Shown here piece by piece: positions 21,085 through 31,271 of a stretch of 62,394 nt of DNA. Location of the stretch: NCBI GenBank assembly GCA_964244155.1, contig CAXTJJ010000001.1, positions 1 to 62,394 on the forward strand. Reading direction: 5' to 3'. The first letter of the stretch is position 1; the number at the start of each line of letters is the position of its first letter. The stretch comes from an uncultured Spirosoma sp. Its GTDB lineage: Bacteria > Bacteroidota > Bacteroidia > Cytophagales > Spirosomataceae. Made by a program: the position numbers and the translations under genes. The notes below the pieces were generated by a model that saw nothing but the letters and a program-made list of their open reading frames with translations, made no database searches and was not told the DNA's origin.

Positions 21085-21410
21085 GTTCATGTCTAATCGT
21101 TCACCAAAAGGGCAGTTATCCCTATTAATTGAACGAGTCGTCATGAGCTACAAAAATCGTTCAATTAAACGTCCGAATACAATCAGGCCAAGAAAAACAC
21201 GAAATAGTTCATTTAAAGGCAAAAAATCGACATTAAATGAACGACGCAACTATCTGTTAATTAACTAATTATACCCCTTCTAGAGGCCTACTAAAAAACC
21301 GTTCACGAAAACGCTTCGACGAGTGAACCTGTTTTAATGGTTTCCCGCCCTGCCCGCTCAATTGATTATAAACCCGAAACCGTTCACGAAAAAGTTGCTT
21401 TTTCTGAACG
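21085..21410. repeat. res-like multi-subsite region A1 (CGTTCA/TGAACG inverted pairs)
   Basis: GTTCA-N18-TGAAC at 21301-21328 and 21382-21409; N26 pairs at 21098-21135 and 21207-21243. Confidence 0.6.
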
Positions 21411-21567
21411 ATAACTATGAAAAATACAAAATAGAAAGTTGTTTTTTTGAGAATATCCTAATGCCTTTAGAAAGGAATAATACTAGTTTTATAGATCTTG
21501 ATGTTGTATGTTTATTTAAAGCTTATACTGGTGAATGCCAAGCTTTTGCTTTATTTCAATGAGGTAC

Positions 21568-23730
21568 TCACTTAAGTTGCTCAAACAGAAAGGCCAGTCT
21601 GTCGGCGGCTTCTTCCAGGTTCTGAGTAAGCGTCGAACCTCCCTTATGGCCAGCGTCATAGTTAATGCGTAGTAGTACCGGTTTATCGCTTGTGGTTGCT
21701 GCCTGGAGCCGGGCGGCCATTTTCGTCGATAACCAGGGTTCTACACGGGTGTCATTAGCGCCGTGGCAGAACAGCATTGCCGGGTAGTTGACCCCCGATT
21801 TGACTTTGTGGTAAGCGTCCATAGCCAGCAGTGACCGAAAACCGGCTTCGGTGCTGACCGAGCCAAATTCAGCTATGTTGGCCGCTCCATTAGCCGTCAT
21901 TTCAAACCGCAACGTATTACTGACACCCACCTCGACCACAGCCGCGGCAAACAGGTCGGGGCGCTCAACGATGGCGTTGTTGATTAGAATACCCCCTGCC
22001 GAACTACCTCGGCCAGCCAGATGCGATGGGGCGGTGTACCGCTTTTGGATGAGGTACTCCGCGCAGGCAATAAAATCTTTCCAGGTATTGGGTTTAGTCG
22101 TCTGAAAACCGCCTAACCGCCAGGCCTCACCATACTCCCCCCCGCCCCGTACGCCTGCCAGGGCTAGAACACCCCCATTTTCCACCCAGGGCACATTAGT
22201 CATTTGGAAACTGGGCTCCAATCCATTGGTCCCATAGGCCCCATAACCCATCAGTAAAGTTGGGTGCGACCCATCGAGTTTAATCCCTTTTTTATGAACA
22301 ATGACCAAGGGGACCATTGTACCATCGTGCGATTTCGTTTGCACCCTGACCACTTCCGCATCAGCCACCTGAATCAAAATACCGGCTAATTGAGTATCCA
22401 CGAAGTTCTGGCGGATCGGGTTATAGCGCAGATATCGTTCGGAGTTGACCCACGAGTCGGTACCGAAGAGCAAGCCGTCGTGCTCCGTGTCTGCATTTAG
22501 CTCGTAGAGGGAGCCGCCCATCGGTACAGGCAAGGGCTGCGCTTTTCGGGTATGGTAATCCACGCGCCACAGCTTCATCATACCCCCTTCTGTCGTTTGC
22601 ACATACAGCGCGTCGCGAGCCGACCGTACGTTCGTGACGGCACCCGTTCGATCACTAAAAATCGATTGGGCATGGCTTAAATTCGGGTCTTTCAAATTGA
22701 ATCGGATGATTTCACCAAGCGGCTTGTTTTTAGTTGTCATCACATACAAATCGTCGTCCTTCAGGGCAAGGGCCAGCTCACCAAACGAACTGGGAACGAT
22801 CTCATCGGTTAGGTCCGCTAGTTTTCGCCAAGGCACGGGGGATGACTCGACAAGGGCATTGACGGGTGCGTAGTACAAGCCGTAGTTATTATTGGGACCC
22901 GGATTGACCCAACCAAAGGCCCAGGCCGAACCGGCAGGAATGGTCACCGCGTACTGATTAACTAGTGGAAAGTCAAGATTCGTATTGACTCCGTAGCCGA
23001 ATAGCGCCCGGTCCGACCGACCCGCCGAATCACTGCCCAGTAGATGCAACCGAACCCGCCGTTTATAATTTCGTTCTTCCGGTCTGAGGCTATCTTCCAT
23101 GCGCGTATAGGTGAACCCCTGACTGCTGGGTAACCAGCTTTGGGGAGCCGCCCCCTGACCGATACGAATAGTTAAATCGGTACCGGTTGCGATATCCAGC
23201 ACGCGGGTTTCGCCAATTTCTTTACCCCCCTCATAGAGTTCATAGGCCACTAATCTACCGTCAGGAGAGGGAAGCAAGGCTCCGATGCGATAATTTTTGT
23301 GCTGCTCGCTCGATCGTTTGTCGAGATCGAACAGAACCCGTTCGGAACTACCGGCCGCTAGATCGCGCATCAGCCATTTACCAATTTGTTCAGTGGGTAG
23401 CCGACGCCAGAAATAAAGCCGCTCCCCGAGGCGTTTGACCCGTCCCGTCCCGATTCGGCTTGCGTTCAGGGCTACTAACCGCTTTAAAAGCGAATCCCGG
23501 CGGGGCAGTTGGTCGAGGGTAGCACGGCTATAGTCGGCCTGCGCCCGCATCCACTGCTGCATCGGCTCGGATTTCAGGTTTTCCATCCAGCGATAAGGAT
23601 CGGTGATTTTTTGACCGTAGTACTCGTCTATTACCGGCTGGGTTGGGGTAAAAGGGGGCTGCGCTTGCAGGCCTGTAATAACCCCCACCAGTAGCGTTGC
23701 TAATAAGAGAATTTGTCGTGGCTGAATCAT
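21568..23730 (-). CDS. exported prolyl oligopeptidase (S9A)
   Basis: DPYRWME, RGGGEYG, GSSAGG, GANDTRV, AGH; signal peptide from ATG 23730. Confidence 0.93.
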   Translation of the reverse strand: MIQPRQILLLATLLVGVITGLQAQPPFTPTQPVIDEYYGQKITDPYRWMENLKSEPMQQWMRAQADYSRATLDQLPRRDSLLKRLVALNASRIGTGRVKRLGERLYFWRRLPTEQIGKWLMRDLAAGSSERVLFDLDKRSSEQHKNYRIGALLPSPDGRLVAYELYEGGKEIGETRVLDIATGTDLTIRIGQGAAPQSWLPSSQGFTYTRMEDSLRPEERNYKRRVRLHLLGSDSAGRSDRALFGYGVNTNLDFPLVNQYAVTIPAGSAWAFGWVNPGPNNNYGLYYAPVNALVESSPVPWRKLADLTDEIVPSSFGELALALKDDDLYVMTTKNKPLGEIIRFNLKDPNLSHAQSIFSDRTGAVTNVRSARDALYVQTTEGGMMKLWRVDYHTRKAQPLPVPMGGSLYELNADTEHDGLLFGTDSWVNSERYLRYNPIRQNFVDTQLAGILIQVADAEVVRVQTKSHDGTMVPLVIVHKKGIKLDGSHPTLLMGYGAYGTNGLEPSFQMTNVPWVENGGVLALAGVRGGGEYGEAWRLGGFQTTKPNTWKDFIACAEYLIQKRYTAPSHLAGRGSSAGGILINNAIVERPDLFAAAVVEVGVSNTLRFEMTANGAANIAEFGSVSTEAGFRSLLAMDAYHKVKSGVNYPAMLFCHGANDTRVEPWLSTKMAARLQAATTSDKPVLLRINYDAGHKGGSTLTQNLEEAADRLAFLFEQLK

Positions 23731-23765
23731 GCTCGTAAACTTAAAAAAGTATAAATCAACGTCCG

Positions 23766-24431
23766 TCACTGAGTCGCCACCGAAACATCGGTACACGTGG
23801 CAGTCCCAGTGGTATTGGATAACATCAGGAAGTAGACCAGGAGATAATCAACGCCCGTGGTGTAGGGCAGGGTAACCGAATAGGCGGTGTAGTCGGCCGT
23901 GCCCTTTAGAGGTATTTTTCCCTCCGTACTAGCGAACAGGACAACGGGTTGGCCTTTTCGGTCGCCCCGCAGCACAAGTGAAATGCCTTTTCCCTGTACG
24001 TTATCCAGCTTTACCTTCGCGGTTAACCGGAGTGATTGGCCTACACGCAGGGTTGTCGGTGGGTAAAAGCTGTATGCCCAGTAGCAATAGGAGGCCGTGT
24101 CGATAAGGGTCGAAGCGGCCAGGCCCAAGGTGAATGAGCTGGCCTGAGACGGGAGGCCTCCTAAATTAATACCCGTTACCGGACTGGTTGACGGGCTCCT
24201 CGACGTGCTGGTAATCAGCGTATGTTGGTACTGGTTTGGGTTGCTCTGGTTGCCCATATCGCCTACATACGGGCGCCAGTTAGCCGCGTCAAACGAAACC
24301 ACGGTGCCAAGGAAATGCATACCGGGGTTACTACTGCCGCCGGCCGTAGCGGCTTTGGGAAAATTATCCGTCCGATCGCAACTCAATAGCAACGAGACCA
24401 GTGGATACAGGAGCAGGAGGCAATTACGCAT
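23766..24431 (-). CDS. lipoprotein with beta-sandwich (carbohydrate-binding-like) C-terminus
   Basis: Lipobox LLSC; LRLTAKVKLDNVQG...GTADYTAYSV. Confidence 0.6.
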   Translation of the reverse strand: MRNCLLLLYPLVSLLLSCDRTDNFPKAATAGGSSNPGMHFLGTVVSFDAANWRPYVGDMGNQSNPNQYQHTLITSTSRSPSTSPVTGINLGGLPSQASSFTLGLAASTLIDTASYCYWAYSFYPPTTLRVGQSLRLTAKVKLDNVQGKGISLVLRGDRKGQPVVLFASTEGKIPLKGTADYTAYSVTLPYTTGVDYLLVYFLMLSNTTGTATCTDVSVATQ

Positions 24432-24442
24432 GGCTGGCTTGT

Positions 24443-25234
24443 TTACTGACAGTTGATCAGCGAGTAGGTAGTCTTTCCCACATACCCGTCATTGTAAGTA
24501 AGGGTAGTACTAGTCGCGTAGCCGCTCGCATCGGTTTTTACCTCCGTCTGTTTACTCGTATACGTAACGGCTCCCGTCCCATCGTCGAAGCTCTCCTTTG
24601 TCGTCAGCACCGCATTGACCGACCAGGGTAGTCCTGTTTGGTAGTTGAACGGAACGCTTTTGGCCAGTAGCTGCTCGGGGTTCTTGCTGGTGTCATAGGT
24701 AAAGATCCGTTCGTCTTTGACCCCGTCCGAGCTTATATAAACATAGTGAATGCAGTTCCCCCGACTGTCGTATTCGTACGTACTTGTTTGCGTAAATCCG
24801 GTCTCTGTGCTCACCCCTTTGCTGATCCGTTGCTGGCTGTCGTAGGTGTAATTAGTGGTGATCACGCGAGTCGAGTTGGGGAGTTCATATACAGTTCTGG
24901 CGCTGGTTAGCCGATCGTTGGTATAGGAATATTGGGTTGTTCCTGGCTTTCCCTGAATCTTTCCGTCGATGGCAATCGTCTGCACCCGCGTACTAATCCG
25001 ACCCGTTGGGTCGTAGGTGAACACGTAGGTTTGGGTAAATTTGCTGCCGCCCTGCAAGGTAGAGGTAGCCACCCATTGGGTCAGCTTGCCGGCCGCATCA
25101 TAGGTAAAATCGTTGGTCCCGTCGTTACTGCCTAGCTGGGCGAGTTGGCAAGTATCAGCGGGTGTGATCTCCGCCTCTTTTTTACAGGAAAGCGAGCTCA
25201 GCGTAATCAGGCAAAAAATAAAAATTCGGTTCAT
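24443..25234 (-). CDS. lipoprotein with YD-like beta-hairpin repeats
   Basis: Lipobox LSCKKE; repeated FTYDAAGKL, FTYDPTGRI, YTYDSQQRI, YEYDSRGN; start reassigned to 25234. Confidence 0.75.
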   Translation of the reverse strand: MNRIFIFCLITLSSLSCKKEAEITPADTCQLAQLGSNDGTNDFTYDAAGKLTQWVATSTLQGGSKFTQTYVFTYDPTGRISTRVQTIAIDGKIQGKPGTTQYSYTNDRLTSARTVYELPNSTRVITTNYTYDSQQRISKGVSTETGFTQTSTYEYDSRGNCIHYVYISSDGVKDERIFTYDTSKNPEQLLAKSVPFNYQTGLPWSVNAVLTTKESFDDGTGAVTYTSKQTEVKTDASGYATSTTLTYNDGYVGKTTYSLINCQ

Positions 25235-25300
25235 GAGGATGGTTGTGTTTTTGCCGTTGACCATGACTAGACAAGCCAAGTCGGATCAGCATTGCCTGAC

Positions 25301-25308
25301 CAAAAGTA
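25301..25308 (-). promoter_or_regulatory. Bacteroidota primary-sigma -7 element
   Basis: TACTTTTG matches TAnnTTTG; the identical octamer precedes genes at 29196(+), 37312(-), 49144(-) and 53825(+). Confidence 0.6.
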
Positions 25309-25586
25309 GCCAAAGCACTGAGGGGCGTCAACCGGATAAAGATATGGGAGGAAAAGTACGCCACTTCGCTACCTATAGATAACCTATTGATAGTCAATAG
25401 ATTGTCTACATACTGTTTATAGCCAGAAGTAATTCAATGGCGTAGAAGTACGCGCAGGAATGCCGCCCTGACGAAGTGACTCCTCGCCGACTGAGGGGCT
25501 TTTTAGAACCTCCCTTACCGCTTCGGGTAGGAAAGTCAAATGCTGATTTTGTACTCACTGATAATGGGCCATCGCCGAGTACAGGG

Positions 25587-27515
25587 CTAAACAGCCACCC
25601 GCAGCTCTAAACGGGTACCTTGACCGGGGGCGGAGCGAATTGCCAGTGAACCACCCATCGCTTTGGCGCGTTGATCCATGCTGCGCAGACCCGTTCGCGG
25701 GGTGGGGACGGCGGGATCAAAGCCCCTACCATTATCTTCGATAAGCACCATAAGTTGACCCCTATGGTATTCAAAGCGAAGCACGACCACGGTCGCCTGG
25801 GCATACTTGACTACGTTATTGATGGCTTCCTTGGCCAGTAAGTACAGGTTCCGACGAATAACTACTGAAAGCGGTACCTCCGGCAAAGAGGCATCAAAGG
25901 CAAACTGAAACGTCGTGTTTTTGGCCAGCAGCAGCGGCTCCGTATAACCCCGAAGCCGGTCGGCAATTTGGGCCAGTGAATCATTCCCCGGCTGCATACT
26001 CCAGATGAATTCGTCAATGGTTTCCTGGATCTGGCGGGTATCGGAATAAATTTTGGTGACCATCTGCCGGACCAGTCCAGGCGTTTCGGGCGTGGCATCG
26101 GGTTGAGACAGCAGGGTATTGACCATGCTGCTTAACAAGGAGATACTGCTTAGGGTACTACCCATTTCATCGTGTAAATCATGGGCTAGCTGTTGGCGGA
26201 GTCGCCCGGCTTGCTTCAGCCCTCGCCATCGTGCCCGGTTCAACAGCCAGGCTGCCACGGCTACGCTCAGTAGCAGTAACAGGCCACCCATAATCACATA
26301 TGTATTGCGCTGAAATTGGACAATTTGTTTCTGTTTCTGCAACAGGTTGATCTGACTTTCCCGCTTTTCCAGTTCGTGTCGGTTGGCCAGTTCCCGTAGT
26401 CTTAGCGTAGTCAGGTTCGAGAAAAGCGAATCATTCAGGACGCCCAGCTTGACTTGATAGGTAAACGCTTTATCAAAGCGGTGGGTATTCACATAGACTT
26501 GGATTAATCCTTTGACTGCTTCTCGTTCCACCCGGGTTTCAATGAAAGCCGTCGCTAACCGAATCGCTTTCTTATAGTGACTCTCCGCCTGTGGGTAGGC
26601 TAGACGGGCCGCATAATAACTCCCCATTGTCAGATGGGTCAACATCGCGGAGATGGGATTGCCCCGAAAGGCGTGTTGCTGAGCCCGTTTTAAATACGAT
26701 AATGCCTGATCGAGTTGACCAAGCTGGATGTGGCATTGGGCCATTTCATTCCAGAGCTTGATTCGCCACCACCGATTCCCATACCTGTCCGCGTAGGCGA
26801 GCGCTTTTCGGTACTGCTCTACTGCCTGAGCATCCTGGCCCTCCTCATGGAATTGTTGTGCTATTTTTTGTTTGACACCAAGCAGATTGTATTTGTCCTG
26901 TTCCAAATAAGCCATGGCATCCGCTTTTTGGTAATACTGGCGGGCCGCCGTTCGATTTCCCATCACGTCCATCACCTCACCGGCTCCCGTATACGCTTTG
27001 GTACAGTAATCGGTGAGGTGATACCGCTCCGTTAGTTTAATGGCGGCTAGACTATACTTAAGCGAAAGCTCAAACTGGTTATTATCTAAATAATAGTACC
27101 CTAGTTCAGTGAACACCCGTTGTAACTCACTGGGGGGAAGGTGGGCCTGTTGAATGAGTTGACGCGCCAGGGTCAAATAATACACCGCCCTTTGATAGGT
27201 CCTGACGTCGGGGTTACGCATAAAGACGCGTCCCCGGTAAAAATACACCCGTTGCAGACCCATCGAATCCTTTAGGGACCGGGCTAGCCCTTGAGTTTGT
27301 TTAAGCAGCGAATCGGCCCGCTCTAACTGATCCAGTCGGTTGATAAGCCACCAGGCATATTGGGTGGCGGCCCGTACGTAGGTCGTATCCTGATTAGCCG
27401 TCCGTAAAAATCGCGCCAGCGAATCAGGTACGGCGGACATGGTCCCCTGAGCCCAACTCCTGCTGCCCAAGAGCCAAAAAACGAACCAGGCAATAAGCCT
27501 AAAATTCCGATTCAT
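25587..27515 (-). CDS. TPR-sensor histidine kinase, HisKA_3 type
   Basis: AHDLHDEMGS, KEAINNVVKYA, DNGRGF, GTRL. Confidence 0.92.
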   Translation of the reverse strand: MNRNFRLIAWFVFWLLGSRSWAQGTMSAVPDSLARFLRTANQDTTYVRAATQYAWWLINRLDQLERADSLLKQTQGLARSLKDSMGLQRVYFYRGRVFMRNPDVRTYQRAVYYLTLARQLIQQAHLPPSELQRVFTELGYYYLDNNQFELSLKYSLAAIKLTERYHLTDYCTKAYTGAGEVMDVMGNRTAARQYYQKADAMAYLEQDKYNLLGVKQKIAQQFHEEGQDAQAVEQYRKALAYADRYGNRWWRIKLWNEMAQCHIQLGQLDQALSYLKRAQQHAFRGNPISAMLTHLTMGSYYAARLAYPQAESHYKKAIRLATAFIETRVEREAVKGLIQVYVNTHRFDKAFTYQVKLGVLNDSLFSNLTTLRLRELANRHELEKRESQINLLQKQKQIVQFQRNTYVIMGGLLLLLSVAVAAWLLNRARWRGLKQAGRLRQQLAHDLHDEMGSTLSSISLLSSMVNTLLSQPDATPETPGLVRQMVTKIYSDTRQIQETIDEFIWSMQPGNDSLAQIADRLRGYTEPLLLAKNTTFQFAFDASLPEVPLSVVIRRNLYLLAKEAINNVVKYAQATVVVLRFEYHRGQLMVLIEDNGRGFDPAVPTPRTGLRSMDQRAKAMGGSLAIRSAPGQGTRLELRVAV

Positions 27516-27872
27516 GAGCGAATCGATTGAGAGTCAACTAAGATACAACCCGGACAATTTAAACTTATACTTTATTTTAAAATAACTTGGATAAGCCTGA
27601 TTATGCGGATAAAACCAATTACCTGCCAAGTTTAGACTACCGTCAAGATTATGCTACTTGAAAGAAACCTACTGAATTTGTGGTCCAGTCGTCGCTGAGT
27701 ACCAAAGCCTTGAACACATTGAGTGAACGTATTCCTGTAATTTAGCCAATGATGTGTGGCACTAAATCGAAATCCATGAATGGAATTGGCCGCTTCCCTG
27801 TCGGAGCCATAGCTGAATCGTAGATCTCGTATGGCCGTAAACGTATCCATTCTCTCCATGGGTTTAGGGTGG

Positions 27873-28565
27873 TCAAAAACATAATCTTGACTTCAGGGCT
27901 TTAGCTACCGCTTCCGATTTAGAATTGACGTGTAGTTTGTCATAGATGTTGACAATATGCCACCGGACTGTCCCCATGCTAATGCCACAATGATGGGCAA
28001 TTAACTTATAACTGTCACCCTCAACTAAACGCTCCAGCACGGCTTTTTCTTTCGGGGTCAGCTCAAAGGAGGTCAGAGGTAACGATTGGCGCGAGTCAGG
28101 CGTGTTAGTAACCGGCGAATCCAGTGCCGGCTTGGGTAGATCAGCTTGATTGGCAAAGGCATTCAATACCTTCAGGGCAATGGATGGGGTCATAACGGCA
28201 CCTCCGGCTGCAATTTCCCGAATAGCTTCAATGAGTTTGTCGGCGGCAGTTTTCTTAATCAAATAGCCCACCGCCCCCGCTGAGAGCGCCGCAAAGATGC
28301 GGTCTATATCCTCAAACACGGTTAACATCAGGATTTTGGGCTGGATAGTCTGTTGCCGAATAAGGGTAACGGCTTCGATGCCCGTTCGTTGCGGCATATC
28401 GATATCCATTAGAATAACATCAGGGGCATCTGCCAAAACCGTATCGACCACCTCAAGGGCTGTAGGGTATTGCCCGATCAGGCGCAAATCTGGCGTAGCA
28501 CTGAAAATTAGCGCGAGCGTTTCCCGTAGGAGGTCGTTGTCATCATAGACTGAGATGCGAATCAT
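27873..28565 (-). CDS. NarL/LuxR-family response regulator
   Basis: ISVYDD, LMDIDMP, LTPKEKAVL...YKLIA...HIVNIYDKLHV; start reassigned to ATG 28565. Confidence 0.93.
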   Translation of the reverse strand: MIRISVYDDNDLLRETLALIFSATPDLRLIGQYPTALEVVDTVLADAPDVILMDIDMPQRTGIEAVTLIRQQTIQPKILMLTVFEDIDRIFAALSAGAVGYLIKKTAADKLIEAIREIAAGGAVMTPSIALKVLNAFANQADLPKPALDSPVTNTPDSRQSLPLTSFELTPKEKAVLERLVEGDSYKLIAHHCGISMGTVRWHIVNIYDKLHVNSKSEAVAKALKSRLCF

Positions 28566-28773
28566 AAGCCAGATGGGTAAACTGGATAGAATAGACAAAC
28601 CAAATACGATAAGCCTGCCCCTCGACTGACAAAGATAATCGGCAAAGAAGACTTCTAAACCTAGATAAATATATGGGCTAACGTCAGTAAAACTACGTTT
28701 CACTCTATTCAACTTGTATCGACATTAATACCTATTGGCAACTAAATTATATTGTTTATATTATTTCTATTTA

Positions 28774-29180
28774 GTTCAAGCTGTCTTGATAATAGACTAT
28801 TCTCGATGAACGGTTTTTGAGATAGATATACAATGAGTCAAATTAAAAAAATACAATCAGTATAAATAATTAATTCCGTTCACGAAAACGCTTGGACCTA
28901 TGAACGCTCACCGTAACTAATAGTGGTAGCATACCGTTCAGTTCCAATGTTTGAAAGCGTTCATGAAATGGCTATATTTTCTGATTGATCACTAAGAAAA
29001 GTACAAACTACAATAACATAGAAACAGGAGGGAGATCAAAATACTTTAGCAGTAAAATACTATTCAGCAGACAGGTTTTGACTAGATAATGATTGCAGTT
29101 AGCCCCATTGTTCATAGGAAAACGAAACATTACTTGTAAAATGGCTACACAGATGTAACGGTCCGTTCAAGCCTTGTAAA
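28774..29180. repeat. res-like multi-subsite region A2
   Basis: CCGTTCACGAAAACGCTT (28876-28893) is identical to 21299-21316; a second subsite lies 82 bp downstream in both copies. Confidence 0.6.
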
Positions 29181-29223
29181 ATCATTGATAAACGGTACTT
29201 TTGAGCCCAAAAACAAACAAGTT

Positions 29224-29427
29224 ATGGTCTATCACCAAGTTCAGTTTCTGACACTCGTTCAGGGCGAGTGGATAACGTTGAAGGAATTTGATGAAACAAC
29301 CGGAGCCCTTTTACCCGTAACTGATTCAGCCGAGCAGTTGAGCTTGGAGGAAGCGGAGACACGTCTTTTATTTCTTACGAAAAAGTATCCGTTTCTTACT
29401 TTCCGTATGAACAAGGTTGTCCTATAA
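29224..29427 (+). CDS. small hypothetical protein (67 aa)
   Basis: ATG 29224 follows TACTTTTG at 29196; stop lies 4 bp before the recombinase pseudogene. Confidence 0.6.
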   Translation: MVYHQVQFLTLVQGEWITLKEFDETTGALLPVTDSAEQLSLEEAETRLLFLTKKYPFLTFRMNKVVL

Positions 29428-29431
29428 GCCA

Positions 29432-30161
29432 ATGGTGAAGAAATCAACCCTCGCGGCGGAACGCTTCAGCAGTGGCTATCGTTGGACCGGCCAACTATGT
29501 GGTTTACTATCGTATATCGACCAAGGCCCAGGGTGAGTCTAGTTTAGGATTAGAGTCTCAGCGGTCAGTCGTTGCCGGATTCGTGAAAGGGTCGGACCGC
29601 CGAGCGGTTATACTCGCTAAGCTTACCGAAGTATAATCCGGAAAGAATGACCAGCGAGTTCAGTTGGTTGCGGCTATTGATTGGGCAAAGAAAGAGAGTG
29701 CTATACTGATCATATCTAAGCTTGACCGCTTAAGCCGGAATGCTTCATTTATAATTACTCTACGGGATTCTGAGGTCAACTTCCAGTGCGTCGATATGCC
29801 GGACGCCAATACCCTAATTATTGGCATTTTTGCCACCCTAGCCCAACACGAACGAGAAATAATCAGCTCTCGTACCAAGTCCGCTCTTCAGGCCAAACGA
29901 GCCCAGGGAGCCAAGCCCGGTAAGCTCGAAAACCTAACGTCTGAGGGACAACGAAAAGGCGGAGAAACCACCCCACGCAAGGCACTAGCCAATGAAAATA
30001 ACCGCCGAGCGGCCTCGATGATTGCCTCAATGCGCCAAGCTAATAAGAACTATACGGAGATTGCAGCGGAATTAAACTGGGCTGATTTCCGAACCGATAA
30101 GGGTGACCAATTTCAGGCTACTCAAGTGATGCGGTTAGTTGACCAACAGACCCACAGTTGA
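29432..30161 (+). pseudogene. serine recombinase (resolvase family) pseudogene, paralogue of 35589-36305
   Basis: MVKKST start, frameshift, YVVYYRISTKAQG, in-frame TAA at 29634-29636 (E in the paralogue), then KLDRLSRNAS. Confidence 0.9.
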
Positions 30162-30162
30162 T

Positions 30163-30354
30163 CTAGTCCGGCCACTTTTCTAGGCCCGCAGCAATGCGCA
30201 AGGCTCGTTGCACATCTTCCCAGTAATAGCCACTGTCATAGCCTGTAGATAACCGGTCGCAAATGGTCAGAAAATCGTTAGCGGTATCAAACCGCAGCTT
30301 CTCAGGAGCTGGTTGATCGGGTTGAGCCGGGAGTTGATCAGATAGGCCTTCCAT
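30163..30354 (-). CDS. small hypothetical protein (63 aa)
   Basis: ATG 30354 lies just downstream of the terminator at 30382-30413, so the longer ORF call is unlikely. Confidence 0.5.
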   Translation of the reverse strand: MEGLSDQLPAQPDQPAPEKLRFDTANDFLTICDRLSTGYDSGYYWEDVQRALRIAAGLEKWPD

Positions 30355-30381
30355 GGCAGCAAAGCAGAGGTATAATGATAC

Positions 30382-30413
30382 AAAAAAGCCCCATGGATTG
30401 AACCAATGGGGCT
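30382..30413 (-). terminator. intrinsic terminator
   Basis: Minus strand AGCCCCATTGG...CCATGGGGCT followed by a T run. Confidence 0.7.
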
Positions 30414-30551
30414 GAAGAAGCATAATAGAGATAAAACGCAAGTTGGTCTATTTTATTGTGTGGTCTGAAACAGGTTAGACCTTATTTAGCACTTTTTTTA
30501 GCTGTTTCCTTAGCCTGAATTTACCTATTAAGAAGTCAGCTTACAAGAAGC

Positions 30552-30995
30552 TTAGTTTAACCTGAACTCGGGTTTTACCGATTCGTTGACTTGGCTAGCT
30601 AGATTGGTGGCATCCTGGGCGATTTCAACCACGATTTTGGTGTGCTGTTGATACTCTTCTATAATCCGCACTAAAATGGCTTGCTTTTCGAGTAATCGGG
30701 CCTTCTCCAACTCGGCCTGTAGATGGCTGATGGCGTATATCAAAGCGGGTCGTACCGTCCAATAGCGTAAGGAACGTAGTAACAAAGGGGGCATACTAGG
30801 TTCTTAAGCGTCACCAAATCCCGCTTCCTGGCAGACCGTTTGTTGTAAAGTGAACGTCGCCAGCTCCTGGAGAATATACTGATAAATCGTCTCATCACCC
30901 TGCCTGTCAACAAACACAGTGTGTTCTTGACTGATGGCGGTTAGCAACCGCTTTTGTTCGTGCTTTCTAAGCAGTCGAGTGATCCAGTTCACCAT
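30552..30995 (-). pseudogene. hypothetical helical protein split by one in-frame TAA
   Basis: ORFs 30804-30995 and 30552-30794 share a frame and are separated only by TAA-GAA-CCT-AGT. Confidence 0.6.
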
Positions 30996-31271
30996 AAATA
31001 TCTACGCTGGGCATCTGATTGGGAAGTCGATTTCCTTATTGGAAAAAGGCCAATAGCCTACGAAAGGTTCTATTTAGTAGACTTTCATAGCGAACATTTG
31101 CGTGAGACCTTATGATACCAAATGTGGTTGAAAAAGAAACGTTTAAGATGCACAAAACCTACTCAAGGCATTATTTCAACGGACGTTTGTAAAATGTCAT
31201 AAATAGGTAAAGTATTCTGACGGACACAACAAACTGAAGCACCTCGCTGATCCAAACGTAATTTTCGGTGA

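Noticed and set aside
24443-25234. Rhs polymorphic toxin
   Set aside because: A short lipoprotein with no PxxxxDPxG cleavage motif, toxin tip or immunity gene.
25468-25540. Hammerhead ribozyme (CTGACGA followed by a hairpin)
   Set aside because: No GAAA directly after the candidate stem II and no convincing stems I/III; more likely ordinary hairpins.
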